From positions 1-38,017 of IMG/VR virus record IMGVR_UViG_3300017784_005244: a DNA stretch of 38,017 bases; one strand, written 5' to 3'. The notes under the pieces are model-generated. The model ran no database searches. It saw only the letters and a program-made list of their open reading frames with translations, and was not told the origin of the DNA. Below, in pieces: positions 1 to 9,876 of the stretch. The stretch's first letter is position 1. Every line of letters starts with the position of its first letter. The stretch comes from a virus (Duplodnaviria; Caudoviricetes). The position numbers and the translations under genes are program-made.

Positions 1-2
1 TC

Positions 3-665
3 CCTTGTTGCGTCTAAGTTACCTAACTTTAATTTTTTAGATAATCCTAAATAGATTTTAACCGCCTCTTTACATACTTTATTTGTTACAAAATTAGTTC
101 CCCTTCTAGGTGACTCATGATTAAACAGAATCCCATTAGAGATAAACATACCGTATGAGTTTCTATAGTTTCTACAAATATTATATGAAAAGACTTTAGC
201 ACATCCGTATGGAGAAACTGGATTCATTGGTGTTCCCTCTCTTTGGTAACCATCTTCATCAATATTGTTACCGAACATTTCAGAAGAAGATGCTTGATAT
301 AATTTGATGGTTGGGTCCACTAATTTAATTGCTTCTAACATATTTAATGTACCAATACCCGTTGCGTTTGCGGTATATAATGGTTGGTCAAATGAAATTC
401 TAACGTGCGATTGTGCCGCTAAGTTGTAAACTTCAATTGGTCTCACTATTTGTATAACTTTTATTAAAGATGATAAGTCTGTTAAATCTGCGTAATGTAA
501 ATTTAATTTATCAAAAACACCACATAATCTTGATGTTTGGTTTTCTGATACCGAATTTCTTTTTAACGTACCATGAACTTCATACCCCTTATCAAGTAGA
601 AACTCAGTTAAATAAGAACCATCTTGACCGTTTATACCAGTAATAAGTGCTATTTTTTTACTCAT
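3..665 (-). CDS. gmd: GDP-mannose 4,6-dehydratase (3' end truncated by window edge; not in ORF track)
   Basis: Manual translation from ATG at 665: MSKKIALITGINGQDGSYLTEFLLDKGYEVHG...YNLAAQSHVRISFDQP...YQASSSEMFG...SPYGCAK...GILFNHESPRRGTNFVT...LGNLDATR, all canonical Gmd motifs. Overlaps the stop of the upstream gene. Confidence 0.97.
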   Translation of the reverse strand, partial: MSKKIALITGINGQDGSYLTEFLLDKGYEVHGTLKRNSVSENQTSRLCGVFDKLNLHYADLTDLSSLIKVIQIVRPIEVYNLAAQSHVRISFDQPLYTANATGIGTLNMLEAIKLVDPTIKLYQASSSEMFGNNIDEDGYQREGTPMNPVSPYGCAKVFSYNICRNYRNSYGMFISNGILFNHESPRRGTNFVTNKVCKEAVKIYLGLSKKLKLGNLDATR

Positions 666-1809
666 TGTTTATGATATTTGAAATTATATTTATTTGTTCT
701 TCGGTAATGTCTTGGTGGTTTGGTATATAAAATCCTAATTCATCAACTATTTCACAATTAGGTAAACTACACTTTCCAAACCTTTCGTACCACATGGGTT
801 TTTTTGACATATCACCGGCAATTAGAGGTCGGACTTCAATACCATGATTCATTAACCTATCTACTATTTCTTTTTTATTTTTTGATACTATTGGTATTGC
901 AAAATTTGATACAAAATTAGTATTACTATCTCTCAAATTTAATTCATTTACACGAATAGAACTATTATATAATTTAAAATTTAAATTTCTAATTTTTGAG
1001 TATTTGTCCAATTTTTCTAAAGATCTTAAACCAATAAATGCTTGAAGATCTGTTGACCTCAGGTTAAATCCAGGAACATAAAAGTTATATAACGAATCGA
1101 ATTCGGAAACTTTATATTTCTCTCTTAATTTTTTTTGTTTTTCTTTAGGTAGGTCTCTATCCCATCCGTGACTTCTCATCATTAATAATAGGTGATAAAA
1201 ATCCTCATCATCCGTATTAATAAACCCACCCTCAATTGTACTTAAATGATGTCCAAAATACATTGAAAAGAACGACGCAAAACCAAAAGACCCTAAATAC
1301 TTTTCATTAAATTTAGATCCCATACTCTCACAAACGTCCTCAAAAAGTAAAACGTTATATTTTTTACATAGGTCCATTATCTTATCCATTTCAGGAACCA
1401 ACCCAAGGGTAGAAACAAGTATCATAGATGAAGGATTGTGTTCTTTGAACAGGGACTCAAGATGGTTTAAATCACAAGATAAATCTTTAAGATTACAATC
1501 ACACATTATTGGTTCCATACCTAATAATATTGGGGTACTAACGTCTGTTGCCCAACTCAATCCTGGTACAATAATCTTCTTATTTTTAATTCTACCACTT
1601 TCAAGTAATGCTGCTAACGACAATAAAATCGCCGAGGATCCCGAGTTAACATATACCGAATATTTTGTTCCTATTTTTTTTGACCATTTAGACTCTAACT
1701 CTAAAGTTAAATCACCCTTAGTTAATCTAGGTATATCGTCTTGACTTAACCACTTTATTAACGAATCAATGTCGTCTCTATCTATAGTATCACTTACTAA
1801 TTTTATCAT
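658..1809 (-). CDS. colD: DegT/DnrJ-family PLP enzyme, ColD-type GDP-4-keto-6-deoxymannose 3-dehydratase
   Basis: VNSGSSA, EDVCESMG and SMYFGHHLSTIEGG with His at the position of the usual Schiff-base Lys; RSHGWDRDL; lacks the Cys-rich 2Fe-2S motif of E1/RfbH; lies between gmd and an fcl-like gene. Confidence 0.8.
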   Translation of the reverse strand: MIKLVSDTIDRDDIDSLIKWLSQDDIPRLTKGDLTLELESKWSKKIGTKYSVYVNSGSSAILLSLAALLESGRIKNKKIIVPGLSWATDVSTPILLGMEPIMCDCNLKDLSCDLNHLESLFKEHNPSSMILVSTLGLVPEMDKIMDLCKKYNVLLFEDVCESMGSKFNEKYLGSFGFASFFSMYFGHHLSTIEGGFINTDDEDFYHLLLMMRSHGWDRDLPKEKQKKLREKYKVSEFDSLYNFYVPGFNLRSTDLQAFIGLRSLEKLDKYSKIRNLNFKLYNSSIRVNELNLRDSNTNFVSNFAIPIVSKNKKEIVDRLMNHGIEVRPLIAGDMSKKPMWYERFGKCSLPNCEIVDELGFYIPNHQDITEEQINIISNIINNE

Positions 1810-2707
1810 AATAACTTTTATAAACCAATTTAATTCCCTCCGATAAGTTTAGTGGCGAAAAGTTAGGTAGTAAATACTTTATTTTTTCAATAGAAACGTC
1901 TTTTCTATGTTGACCGTTTGGTTTAGATAAGTCCCAATTAATCACTAAATGTTCAGCATCACAAGAATTTAAAGCTATATTTGCCATATCCTTAATTGTT
2001 AAATTTTCATTTCCGGCAACATTAAAACTATCATAGATTTCATTAGTAATAACGTGGTAAATAATTTTAGCGAAGTCATCAGCAAACATGAATTGTCTTA
2101 ATGGTGATCCATTACCATAAAGAGTTATGTTGTCCTCTTTTTTTTGTTTTGCCTCAAAAATCTTCTTAACTAATGCCGTTATAAAGTGACTATTTGATTC
2201 GTGGTCTTTATCCCCTACACCATACAGGTTACAAGGTATGAGGTATTGGTATTTTGTGCCGTATTGTTTATTAAACGAGTCTATTTGAACCGCCAAATTT
2301 CTTTTAGCGTAACCATAAGAGAAGTTTGCCTGAGTGGGCGGGCCATTATGTAAGTCCTCTACTTTCATTGGGTATGACTCCATAATATCAGGATAAATGC
2401 AGGTACTTAATATTCCAATAAATCTTTCGACCCCCATCCTTTTGGAGTAATCAACCATAAGGGTATTCATTAAAACGTTTTCTGTAAAATATTCGGCAGG
2501 TTTATTAATGTTATCTATTATCCCACCTACTTTAGCCGCTAAGTGAATTACAACGGTTGGTTTATGGTTTAGAAACATCTCTTTAACTCCCAGTTCGGTA
2601 GTTAAGTCATAATCTTTAGATGATATATATATAGCATTAGGGAGATATTTTTTTAAATAACTTCCAACTAATCCGGATCCACCGGTAACTAAAATTTTTT
2701 TATCCAT
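1790..2707 (-). CDS. fcl: GDP-L-fucose synthase-family epimerase/reductase (possibly ColC GDP-colitose synthase)
   Basis: VTGGSGLVG, HLAAKVGGI, STCIYP, YGYAKR, PCNLYG, SHFI, GSPLRQF motifs. Confidence 0.88.
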   Translation of the reverse strand: MDKKILVTGGSGLVGSYLKKYLPNAIYISSKDYDLTTELGVKEMFLNHKPTVVIHLAAKVGGIIDNINKPAEYFTENVLMNTLMVDYSKRMGVERFIGILSTCIYPDIMESYPMKVEDLHNGPPTQANFSYGYAKRNLAVQIDSFNKQYGTKYQYLIPCNLYGVGDKDHESNSHFITALVKKIFEAKQKKEDNITLYGNGSPLRQFMFADDFAKIIYHVITNEIYDSFNVAGNENLTIKDMANIALNSCDAEHLVINWDLSKPNGQHRKDVSIEKIKYLLPNFSPLNLSEGIKLVYKSYYDKISK

Positions 2708-3003
2708 TATTTAAAAAAAAGTTTATCATTTATCCCCTTATCATCTATGAATATGTCCGCGTTTAATTTAATACCGACCCTTAATTTTGAATATTTAACT
2801 CCCCACAGATCTAATTGTTTTTTGGTTAAATCAAACCAATCAATTCCTGTGGTTGATCCTCTTGCAGTGTCTATTATTATGTTATTACCGTCGTCATATA
2901 GTTTATTAACAACCCCAATTCTTTCAATGAACGGGGTTGCATTTTCATAACTACCTTCAGTGTTTGTACATAATGTACCGTCTAAGTCAAAACAATATAT
3001 CAT
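2707..3003 (-). CDS. Small HAD-superfamily phosphatase (capsule-biosynthesis phosphatase-like)
   Basis: FDLDGTLC (motif I), TARG (motif II), FIDDK (motif IV); 98 aa, capless. Confidence 0.8.
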   Translation of the reverse strand: MIYCFDLDGTLCTNTEGSYENATPFIERIGVVNKLYDDGNNIIIDTARGSTTGIDWFDLTKKQLDLWGVKYSKLRVGIKLNADIFIDDKGINDKLFFK

Positions 3004-3823
3004 TAACTTTTCTTAGTTTTTTAGCGATTGGTTTTTCTGTATCATAAACCACTTTTATACCGTCACCTAAAATAGTTTCCATTTTACGAATACCTGATAC
3101 TAATTCTGATACGTGTTCGATAGATGCCGCTTGGTCTGAACCATACATAGTCCTATCTTTAGTAATATGAAATTCAACACACTCAGAACCAAGAGCCGAT
3201 GATCCATAACACGGGATTAATCCACTTGCATGATTTGAAAATCCAATTTTATAATTAGGGTATTTTTGTTTTAATGTTGTAATGTAATTTAAATTAATTT
3301 CTTCATCTTTTGTTGGGTATGTACTAGTACATGCTAGTATATAATCAACATTATTCAAAATGTTTAAAGCCGCATCAATTTCTTCTTCGGTTGACATACC
3401 TGTTGATACGATGATAGGTTTACCCGTTTGATTTAATTTTTCTAAAAATAATTTATCAGTTAATAATGCGGAAGCCACCTTGTGGTATTTTACATTTAAA
3501 TTACCTTCAATCAAATCCACACTATTCATATCCCAACATGAAACAATAAAGTCTAAACCTAAATCATTAGAAAACGATTCCAATTCTTTATATTGTTTAA
3601 TACTAAATTCTAATCCCATTTTTTGTTCACGATTAGTCGTCCCCCAAGGAGACTCTCTGTAAGCATCTAATTCTTCTTTAGTGTAAACTAAATCAATGTC
3701 TCTTTTTTGAAATTTGACTGCGTCACACCCTGATGATTGTGCGTTAGTAATTAATTCTTTAGCTAAATCTAAATCACCATTATGGTTAATTCCAATTTCT
3801 GCAATAATGTACGTTTTTTTCAT
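2987..3823 (-). CDS. neuB: NeuB-family PEP-dependent ulosonic acid synthase, short form without the C-terminal SAF domain
   Basis: IIAEIGINHNGD, AVKFQKR, KVASA, STGMST, CTSTYPT, GFSNH, EFHITKDRTMYGSDQAAS; only 278 aa. Confidence 0.92.
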   Translation of the reverse strand: MKKTYIIAEIGINHNGDLDLAKELITNAQSSGCDAVKFQKRDIDLVYTKEELDAYRESPWGTTNREQKMGLEFSIKQYKELESFSNDLGLDFIVSCWDMNSVDLIEGNLNVKYHKVASALLTDKLFLEKLNQTGKPIIVSTGMSTEEEIDAALNILNNVDYILACTSTYPTKDEEINLNYITTLKQKYPNYKIGFSNHASGLIPCYGSSALGSECVEFHITKDRTMYGSDQAASIEHVSELVSGIRKMETILGDGIKVVYDTEKPIAKKLRKVNDILF

Positions 3824-3830
3824 TTTAAAA

Positions 3831-3854
3831 TTATTTATTTATTTATTTATTTAT
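3831..3854. repeat. (TTAT)6 tetranucleotide microsatellite
   Basis: ttatttatttatttatttatttat read directly between neuB and the methyltransferase gene. Confidence 0.9.
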
Positions 3855-4534
3855 TTTTTTTTAACTATAAAAGTTGAATTTAGTGATGAATCTAAACTTT
3901 CATTTAAACTACTATTTTCAGGACACGATTTAATATTACCAATTATTTCGTAATCATCAAAATTAATATTATTAACGGCTTGTCTAACTTCTTCCATAAA
4001 AAAATAGTCATCAAAACAAATAAACCCACCTTTATTAACTAATTTAGAATAAAGTTCAAAATCTCTTAACACACAGTCGTATGTATGACACCCATCAATT
4101 AACAATAAATCAACACCATCTTTTATTTTGTCTTTTAAAATATCAAATGTCGTATCTAATTGACTATCCGCCTGAATTAATTCAAAAAAATGATTATGTT
4201 TATTTAATTTTTCAATTGATATTTTAGTGGATTCAATTGAAACCCCATCATTAACTGATTGATTACCTGGTTTATCAAATTCACCATTTAACCCTGCACC
4301 ATAAAAATCTAATCCGTAAAAATTACATTTATATTCCGATTGCATAGAGGTAATAATACTACCCCCGTGATACGTACCGATTTCTAAATAATTTTTACAA
4401 TTTTCTTTCATGTATTCCCTAATAATATAAATCACATTTATATGATTATGTGGAACCCTTCTTACGTGAGGACTTATTGATGATACAATTTCAATAGACT
4501 CTTTTATTTTTTCAATGTCGTTTAACTCTTCCAT
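3851..4534 (-). CDS. Class I SAM-dependent methyltransferase (Methyltransf_24-like)
   Basis: YLEIGTYHGGS, DLLLIDGCHTY, GGFICFDDY motifs. Confidence 0.85.
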   Translation of the reverse strand: MEELNDIEKIKESIEIVSSISPHVRRVPHNHINVIYIIREYMKENCKNYLEIGTYHGGSIITSMQSEYKCNFYGLDFYGAGLNGEFDKPGNQSVNDGVSIESTKISIEKLNKHNHFFELIQADSQLDTTFDILKDKIKDGVDLLLIDGCHTYDCVLRDFELYSKLVNKGGFICFDDYFFMEEVRQAVNNINFDDYEIIGNIKSCPENSSLNESLDSSLNSTFIVKKK

Positions 4535-4537
4535 TTT

Positions 4538-5116
4538 TTATTTTTTAAACATTTTATTTTCTACTATTTCTAAAATTGTATGCCCAAGTAGTGTGTGACA
4601 TTCTTGTATTCTTGCCGTATTATTTGAAGGTATAATTAAATTATAATTGGATATATTTTTCATTTCCCCGCCATCATTACCAATAAAAGATACAATAATA
4701 GCCCCTTTATTTGTGGCCACTTCTATTGCTTTAATAACGTTTTTTGATTTACCTGAGGTTGAGAAACATATTAAAACATCACCTTCTTTTATTGACGATT
4801 TAATCTCTCTTGAGAATATGTCTGAATATGAGTAATCGTTCCCTACTGCGGTTAAATAAGAAACATTAGACGCTAATAAAACTACCTCTAATGGTTCTCT
4901 ATCAAAATAGAAACGACCACTTAATTCTGCCGATAGGTGTTGGGCATCCGCAAAACTACCACCATTACCACAAAAATATACTTTATTACCATTTTTATAA
5001 CACTCAATGATTTTTTCTGCAATCATATTTGAGTTGTTTATAATCTCTTTATTACCCAATAATTCGGTCTTCAATCTAATTGACTCCTGAATATTTTTTA
5101 TAACCATTTCTACCAT
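4538..5116 (-). CDS. gmhA: Sedoheptulose-7-phosphate isomerase (SIS domain)
   Basis: CGNGGSFADAQHLSAEL, GNDYSY, STSGKSKNV, TARIQECH. Confidence 0.92.
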   Translation of the reverse strand: MVEMVIKNIQESIRLKTELLGNKEIINNSNMIAEKIIECYKNGNKVYFCGNGGSFADAQHLSAELSGRFYFDREPLEVVLLASNVSYLTAVGNDYSYSDIFSREIKSSIKEGDVLICFSTSGKSKNVIKAIEVATNKGAIIVSFIGNDGGEMKNISNYNLIIPSNNTARIQECHTLLGHTILEIVENKMFKK

Positions 5117-5928
5117 ACTGTTTTCCCTCCGTCTATTACAACATTTGAACCTGTCATATATGAACTTGCGTCAGAACACATAAATACAATCGCCCCTTTA
5201 TATTCATCAATATTAGCCATTCTACCCATAGGTATAATATTAGATAACTTTGTTACAAAATCAATAGGATGATCATTATAAACACCAGTTGGACTTAAAC
5301 AATTTACTCTAATATTATTTTTAGCAAAATATGTAGAAAGATATTTTGTCATACCAATTACCGCCCATTTGGCTGCTGAATATGTTATTGGTTTAACATT
5401 CTGTTCATTTTCAGATTTTGTTTCGTCTCTGTAGATTCTTTGGTCAGGTGCTATCACACCTAAATCAGATGAAATATTTAATACCACCCCACCACCATTT
5501 TCTAACATTTTATTACAAATTACTTGTGAAGTGATAAAAGTTCCATTTATAATTGCATCAATTCCCTCCTTAAAATACGATTCAGTCATAACCTCAAACC
5601 TTGTTTCGGGAGTTAAACTTTTATTGTCTTTAGTTACTTTTGGATCCTTAGCGGCATTATTAATAAGGATATCTATTTTTTTGTACTTGTTTGACACCTC
5701 AATCACATTATTTTTATCAGTTACATTCATATATTCCATAAAAACATTTTCTTCCCCATAAACTGAAGAAAGTTTTTTGTGTTTTTCAGATAACATATTA
5801 ATGTCAACATCGGTAAGAATTACTTTAGCTCCGTATTCTAAAAGTGCTTCGGCATGTTTAGGTCCTAATAACCCACCAGCACCAGTAATCAAAGCAACCT
5901 TACCATCTAAATCGAATAATTTTCTCAT
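5110..5928 (-). CDS. SDR-family oxidoreductase (PtmA-like)
   Basis: TGAGGLLG, LINNAA, YSAAK (YxxxK), NIRVNCLSPTG, YMTGSNVVIDGG. Confidence 0.88.
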   Translation of the reverse strand: MRKLFDLDGKVALITGAGGLLGPKHAEALLEYGAKVILTDVDINMLSEKHKKLSSVYGEENVFMEYMNVTDKNNVIEVSNKYKKIDILINNAAKDPKVTKDNKSLTPETRFEVMTESYFKEGIDAIINGTFITSQVICNKMLENGGGVVLNISSDLGVIAPDQRIYRDETKSENEQNVKPITYSAAKWAVIGMTKYLSTYFAKNNIRVNCLSPTGVYNDHPIDFVTKLSNIIPMGRMANIDEYKGAIVFMCSDASSYMTGSNVVIDGGKTVW

Positions 5929-6695
5929 AATAATTTTTTAATTTTTTTGTATGAATTTTTTATATAATTTATTTCATCACCATTAACACCTCTTGCAAGT
6001 TGTAATATAATATTATCAGTATAATTAATATTTTTTAATGAATCAATTATTGTTTTAAAATCGGTATCACCTAACCCAAAATGTTTTGTTTCCCCATTAA
6101 ATGTTCTATCTTTGAAGTGAACATTTTTAATCTTATTTCCAAAAAAGTTTATCAACTCTACGTGATTAATTTTTTCTTTATATGTTGATGTAAAATTTCC
6201 AGTGTCGTAGGTAATAAAAAAATTATCTTTTTTATTAACCACTTCCATTACTATTTCTTTGTTACATTCAAACTCAAAACAAAAATTAATTGATAGATAT
6301 TTTTCAGATATAGGAATTATGTTTTTTAAGAATTCATACCTTATGTATTCATTTTCTACTGAACTATCCTCTAAAAGAGGTATCACTATTTTATTCAAAT
6401 TTAATTCTACCATTTTATCTAAAACAGGTACTAAATTTTGATTCATAAATTTATCAGTGTAAAATAAATTATTAACCATAGTATCGACACAAACAGATAA
6501 GATGTTACTTGGTAATTTATCGTCAATAAAGAGTGGGTTATTTAAATTATTGTTTGGGGTTATTAACCATTCAATACCAATTAAACCTACAATATTTAAA
6601 ACATTAAATTCGGATCTCCATGTGTTAGATGGGAACTCTTGATTTTTTTTATCGACAGGTTCACTAAGACGACCTTGAAGAACACCTACTCTCAT
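5925..6695 (-). CDS. TIM-barrel sugar-phosphate isomerase/epimerase (AP endonuclease 2 family)
   Basis: GVLQGRLS N-terminus, FEFE, YDTGN, VHFKDR, GLGDTDF, IILQ. Confidence 0.78.
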   Translation of the reverse strand: MRVGVLQGRLSEPVDKKNQEFPSNTWRSEFNVLNIVGLIGIEWLITPNNNLNNPLFIDDKLPSNILSVCVDTMVNNLFYTDKFMNQNLVPVLDKMVELNLNKIVIPLLEDSSVENEYIRYEFLKNIIPISEKYLSINFCFEFECNKEIVMEVVNKKDNFFITYDTGNFTSTYKEKINHVELINFFGNKIKNVHFKDRTFNGETKHFGLGDTDFKTIIDSLKNINYTDNIILQLARGVNGDEINYIKNSYKKIKKLL

Positions 6696-7105
6696 AATAA
6701 TTCTACAAATTCTATAATATTATTTTCCGGATCCATACCAAAAAAAACCTTAACCGTTTTTTCATCAGAAATAGATGGGGTATTAATAACAGATAAACCA
6801 TTTTTAATAAATTTATCATAAAGATAATTACCATCGTCAATAGTTAATGCAAAATGAGTATACCCATTGTCAAAAAGATTTTTTTTATTAATGTCACAAT
6901 CCCCAAAATAAAGTAATTCAACTATTGTTTTATTATTTTGACCCAATTTAATAATTCTTGGGGATTTATTATTTGAATTAAGAATGTGATTTAAAAATCT
7001 ACCCTCTTCAATTTTATCATAAATTATTTCTAAACCTATTAAATCTCGATAAAACCAAATCATTTTATCTAAGTCATTAACAACTATACCAACGTGTCTA
7101 AACAT
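6692..7105 (-). CDS. VOC/glyoxalase-family protein
   Basis: FRHVGIVVNDL, IVELLYF, GYTHFALTI, DPENNIIEFVE: H/E/H/E metal-ligand pattern. Confidence 0.85.
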   Translation of the reverse strand: MFRHVGIVVNDLDKMIWFYRDLIGLEIIYDKIEEGRFLNHILNSNNKSPRIIKLGQNNKTIVELLYFGDCDINKKNLFDNGYTHFALTIDDGNYLYDKFIKNGLSVINTPSISDEKTVKVFFGMDPENNIIEFVELL

Positions 7106-8418
7106 TCTATCAAACTTTCTTTTAAAACACCAATACCTTCAATTAATGCGTCATCATCAATCGTTAATGGTGGTCCTATTTTTAATGTTCCCGATTGAGT
7201 CCTAATTGATAACAATCCTTTTCTCATCGCAACTTCTATAATCATATCAACAAAATCAACGTCATTCTTATTTGGTGATTTGATGAAAACTCCCGCCAAT
7301 AATCCTTTACAGTTTATTTTTTTTACATAATCAGGCATTTCTTCTTTCCACTTTAATAATTCCGTTTCCATTATCTTACCTTTCCGATATGATTCGTTAA
7401 TCAAATCATTATCTAAAAGATATTCTACAGAAGCTTTTGACGCCGCAACCGCAACAGGGTTACCCCCATGTGTGCTGTTGTATGACATATCGTTGTTAAT
7501 AATTTTATTATTAGTTATTACGCAAGATAATGGTAACGATGATGAAATCCCTTTAGCACAAACAATTATATCGGGAGTGATATCAAAATGTTCATAAGCA
7601 AATAACTTACCTGTTCTACCAAACCCTGATTGTATTTCGTCAATAATTAATAAAATATCATTATTATCACACCATTTTTTTAATAAAGTAACATAATCTT
7701 TTGAAGCGAATTCTGCAGACCACCCTTGATATGGTTCCATAATTACTGCAGAATATTCGAAAGGGTTTAAATCTTTAAAGTATTTTTTAAAAAGTTCTTG
7801 AGGTGTTAATCCTTCGTTTTCTAATGTGATCGTATCGGGATATGGTAAATGTGTTACATATGTTTTAACAGGTATCCATTCTTGTGATTTAAATTTACCA
7901 CTCGCCATAGCGGAACCCATAGTTTTACCATGATAACCATTATTAAATGATATTATTTTATTTTTACCTGTATGTTTAATTGACATTTTAATCGCACATT
8001 CAACAGATTCGGAACCTGTAGATAAAAATAATACCTTGTCAAAATTTTCAGGAGTGGACTTAACTAATAGTTTAGAAAATTCAGACCTTTCTTTTGTTGG
8101 GTAATAATATGCGTTTAATAAATTTTTATTAGTTGTAGAAATGATGGCTTCTTTTATTTTTGGGTTTGAGTGACCAACATTTGCAACAAAAATTGATGAT
8201 GTAAAATCAATCCATTTATTACCTGAAATGTCATAAATTGAGTAGTTTAATGCCGAGTCCCATACAACGGGTAGTTGGTCATTCATAGAATCAGGTTCAT
8301 ACATAATACAATCATTTAAATATTGTATTGATTGTGGTGATGGAATTGGTGTAATAATGTTTCGATAACGAGTTTTTACAAAATCACATTTAAATGGAGT
8401 TAATTGGAACTTATGCAT
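7084..8418 (-). CDS. Class-III PLP-dependent aminotransferase
   Basis: WIDFTS, NVGHS, STGSESVE, GYHGKT, EPYQG, IIDEIQSGFGRTGK, PDIIVCAKG, THGGNP. Confidence 0.92.
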   Translation of the reverse strand: MHKFQLTPFKCDFVKTRYRNIITPIPSPQSIQYLNDCIMYEPDSMNDQLPVVWDSALNYSIYDISGNKWIDFTSSIFVANVGHSNPKIKEAIISTTNKNLLNAYYYPTKERSEFSKLLVKSTPENFDKVLFLSTGSESVECAIKMSIKHTGKNKIISFNNGYHGKTMGSAMASGKFKSQEWIPVKTYVTHLPYPDTITLENEGLTPQELFKKYFKDLNPFEYSAVIMEPYQGWSAEFASKDYVTLLKKWCDNNDILLIIDEIQSGFGRTGKLFAYEHFDITPDIIVCAKGISSSLPLSCVITNNKIINNDMSYNSTHGGNPVAVAASKASVEYLLDNDLINESYRKGKIMETELLKWKEEMPDYVKKINCKGLLAGVFIKSPNKNDVDFVDMIIEVAMRKGLLSIRTQSGTLKIGPPLTIDDDALIEGIGVLKESLIECLDTLV

Positions 8419-9079
8419 TTTTTTTAGTTAAGATATACTCAATATAATTAAAATCATCGATAGTGTCAATTTCGTAAGTTTTATCTGTAATAAATGAATA
8501 AATTTTATCACCGTAAAAACTATCTGAATTCATAAACACCTGTGGATTTACAATATCAATATAACCATTTGGTGAATACGTTTTAGGGTAACTTTGTCTG
8601 GGTGAGTTAGTATCCATACCGTCCACAATTGGGTACCAATATAGTCCATCCTGTTTATAAAATTTATAAACCGATTCTGAAGTTTCGTGAGCAGACCTAA
8701 GACTTGTAAGTATGTTTTTATTTTTTAAATATACTTCAATCGCATCATCTATAACTAACGGACTAATTAAAGGGGTTGTTGCTCGTAAATGAATAATCGG
8801 TTCAGTATAGTTTAATTCTTCACAAAAATGTCTGAAAGAATCAATATCTAAAGATAAATCATTTGACAACTCAGAAGGTCTTACGATAATCTTACATCCT
8901 AGTTTTTTTGATATTTCAATTATTTCTTCGTCATCGGAAGAAACATATATGTCCGTGATTTTTTTTGATTGTTTTGCGGAAGTAATAACATACTCAATTA
9001 AAGGTTTACCCAATAAATTTTTTATATTTTTTTTTTTGACACCTTTACTACCACCTCGAGCTAAAATTAAACTAACCAT
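8411..9079 (-). CDS. neuA: Acylneuraminate cytidylyltransferase (CMP-ulosonate synthetase)
   Basis: ILARGGSKGVKKKNIK, GKPLI, VSSDD, RPSEL, TTPL, PRQ, NGYI, EIDTIDDF. Confidence 0.9.
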   Translation of the reverse strand: MVSLILARGGSKGVKKKNIKNLLGKPLIEYVITSAKQSKKITDIYVSSDDEEIIEISKKLGCKIIVRPSELSNDLSLDIDSFRHFCEELNYTEPIIHLRATTPLISPLVIDDAIEVYLKNKNILTSLRSAHETSESVYKFYKQDGLYWYPIVDGMDTNSPRQSYPKTYSPNGYIDIVNPQVFMNSDSFYGDKIYSFITDKTYEIDTIDDFNYIEYILTKKNA

Positions 9080-9080
9080 T

Positions 9081-9875
9081 TTATTTTTCTGCGACTATAA
9101 TAAATTCAACACCATCATTATTAAATTCATTCAAATCCCAATCTTGAAAAAATGTAATATTTTTAAAACCAACCGATAATAATAATTCTTTAATCATTTC
9201 TTTATCGTAAATTTTTAAAACCACTGATGAGTTTACTTTTTTATTTTCGTGTCTTGAAATAAAAGTTTTATCCCATGTTAAAAATTGTCTCAAATTATCA
9301 AATTTACAATCCCAAAGTGAATATTGCCACGGGTCAGGGTCATCAAATTCTTCCCAAATTTTACCGGTTAATTTAGTAGATTCTAAAATATTTTTACAAC
9401 CATCTAATTCAATAATTATTTTGCCACCGTCTTTTAATGTTTGATAAATAGAACTTAGTAAATCAAATTCTGACCCGTCACTAATTGGTTCACAAAACTG
9501 AAAAGATAAGTCTGGCATATAACATAAATCAATTTCTGATAGATTATAATTACGCAAATTTAAAAAATTATCACAAATATTTTTTACATTATTTATTTTT
9601 AAATCTTTTTTCCAATTCTCCGCAAAATTAAAACGGTCACTACTTATTTCAAATCCGTACCCAAAATTTAACATGTTTTTTGAATTTAGATTATATAATA
9701 ATTTTGAATTACCTGAACCTAATTCTAAAATATTAATTTTTTCTTTAAAAAAACATTTTATAAACTTTAAATTTTTTTCACTGCCATCCAATTTAGACTG
9801 TCTATATTTTTTTATTTCATCATAGTCATAAAATAATTCATAACCATTATACGCATTTAAATTTTTATGTATCAT
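9081..9875 (-). CDS. Class I SAM-dependent methyltransferase
   Basis: ILELGSGNS motif I, LKDGGKIIIE, LLLSVGFK. Confidence 0.8.
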   Translation of the reverse strand: MIHKNLNAYNGYELFYDYDEIKKYRQSKLDGSEKNLKFIKCFFKEKINILELGSGNSKLLYNLNSKNMLNFGYGFEISSDRFNFAENWKKDLKINNVKNICDNFLNLRNYNLSEIDLCYMPDLSFQFCEPISDGSEFDLLSSIYQTLKDGGKIIIELDGCKNILESTKLTGKIWEEFDDPDPWQYSLWDCKFDNLRQFLTWDKTFISRHENKKVNSSVVLKIYDKEMIKELLLSVGFKNITFFQDWDLNEFNNDGVEFIIVAEK

Positions 9876-9876
9876 T

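Noticed and set aside
9027-9037. A11 tract near the neuA 5' end as a phase-variation switch
   Set aside because: In frame, encodes a Lys-rich motif, and similar runs (e.g. T10 at 28888-28897) occur elsewhere in this AT-rich DNA.
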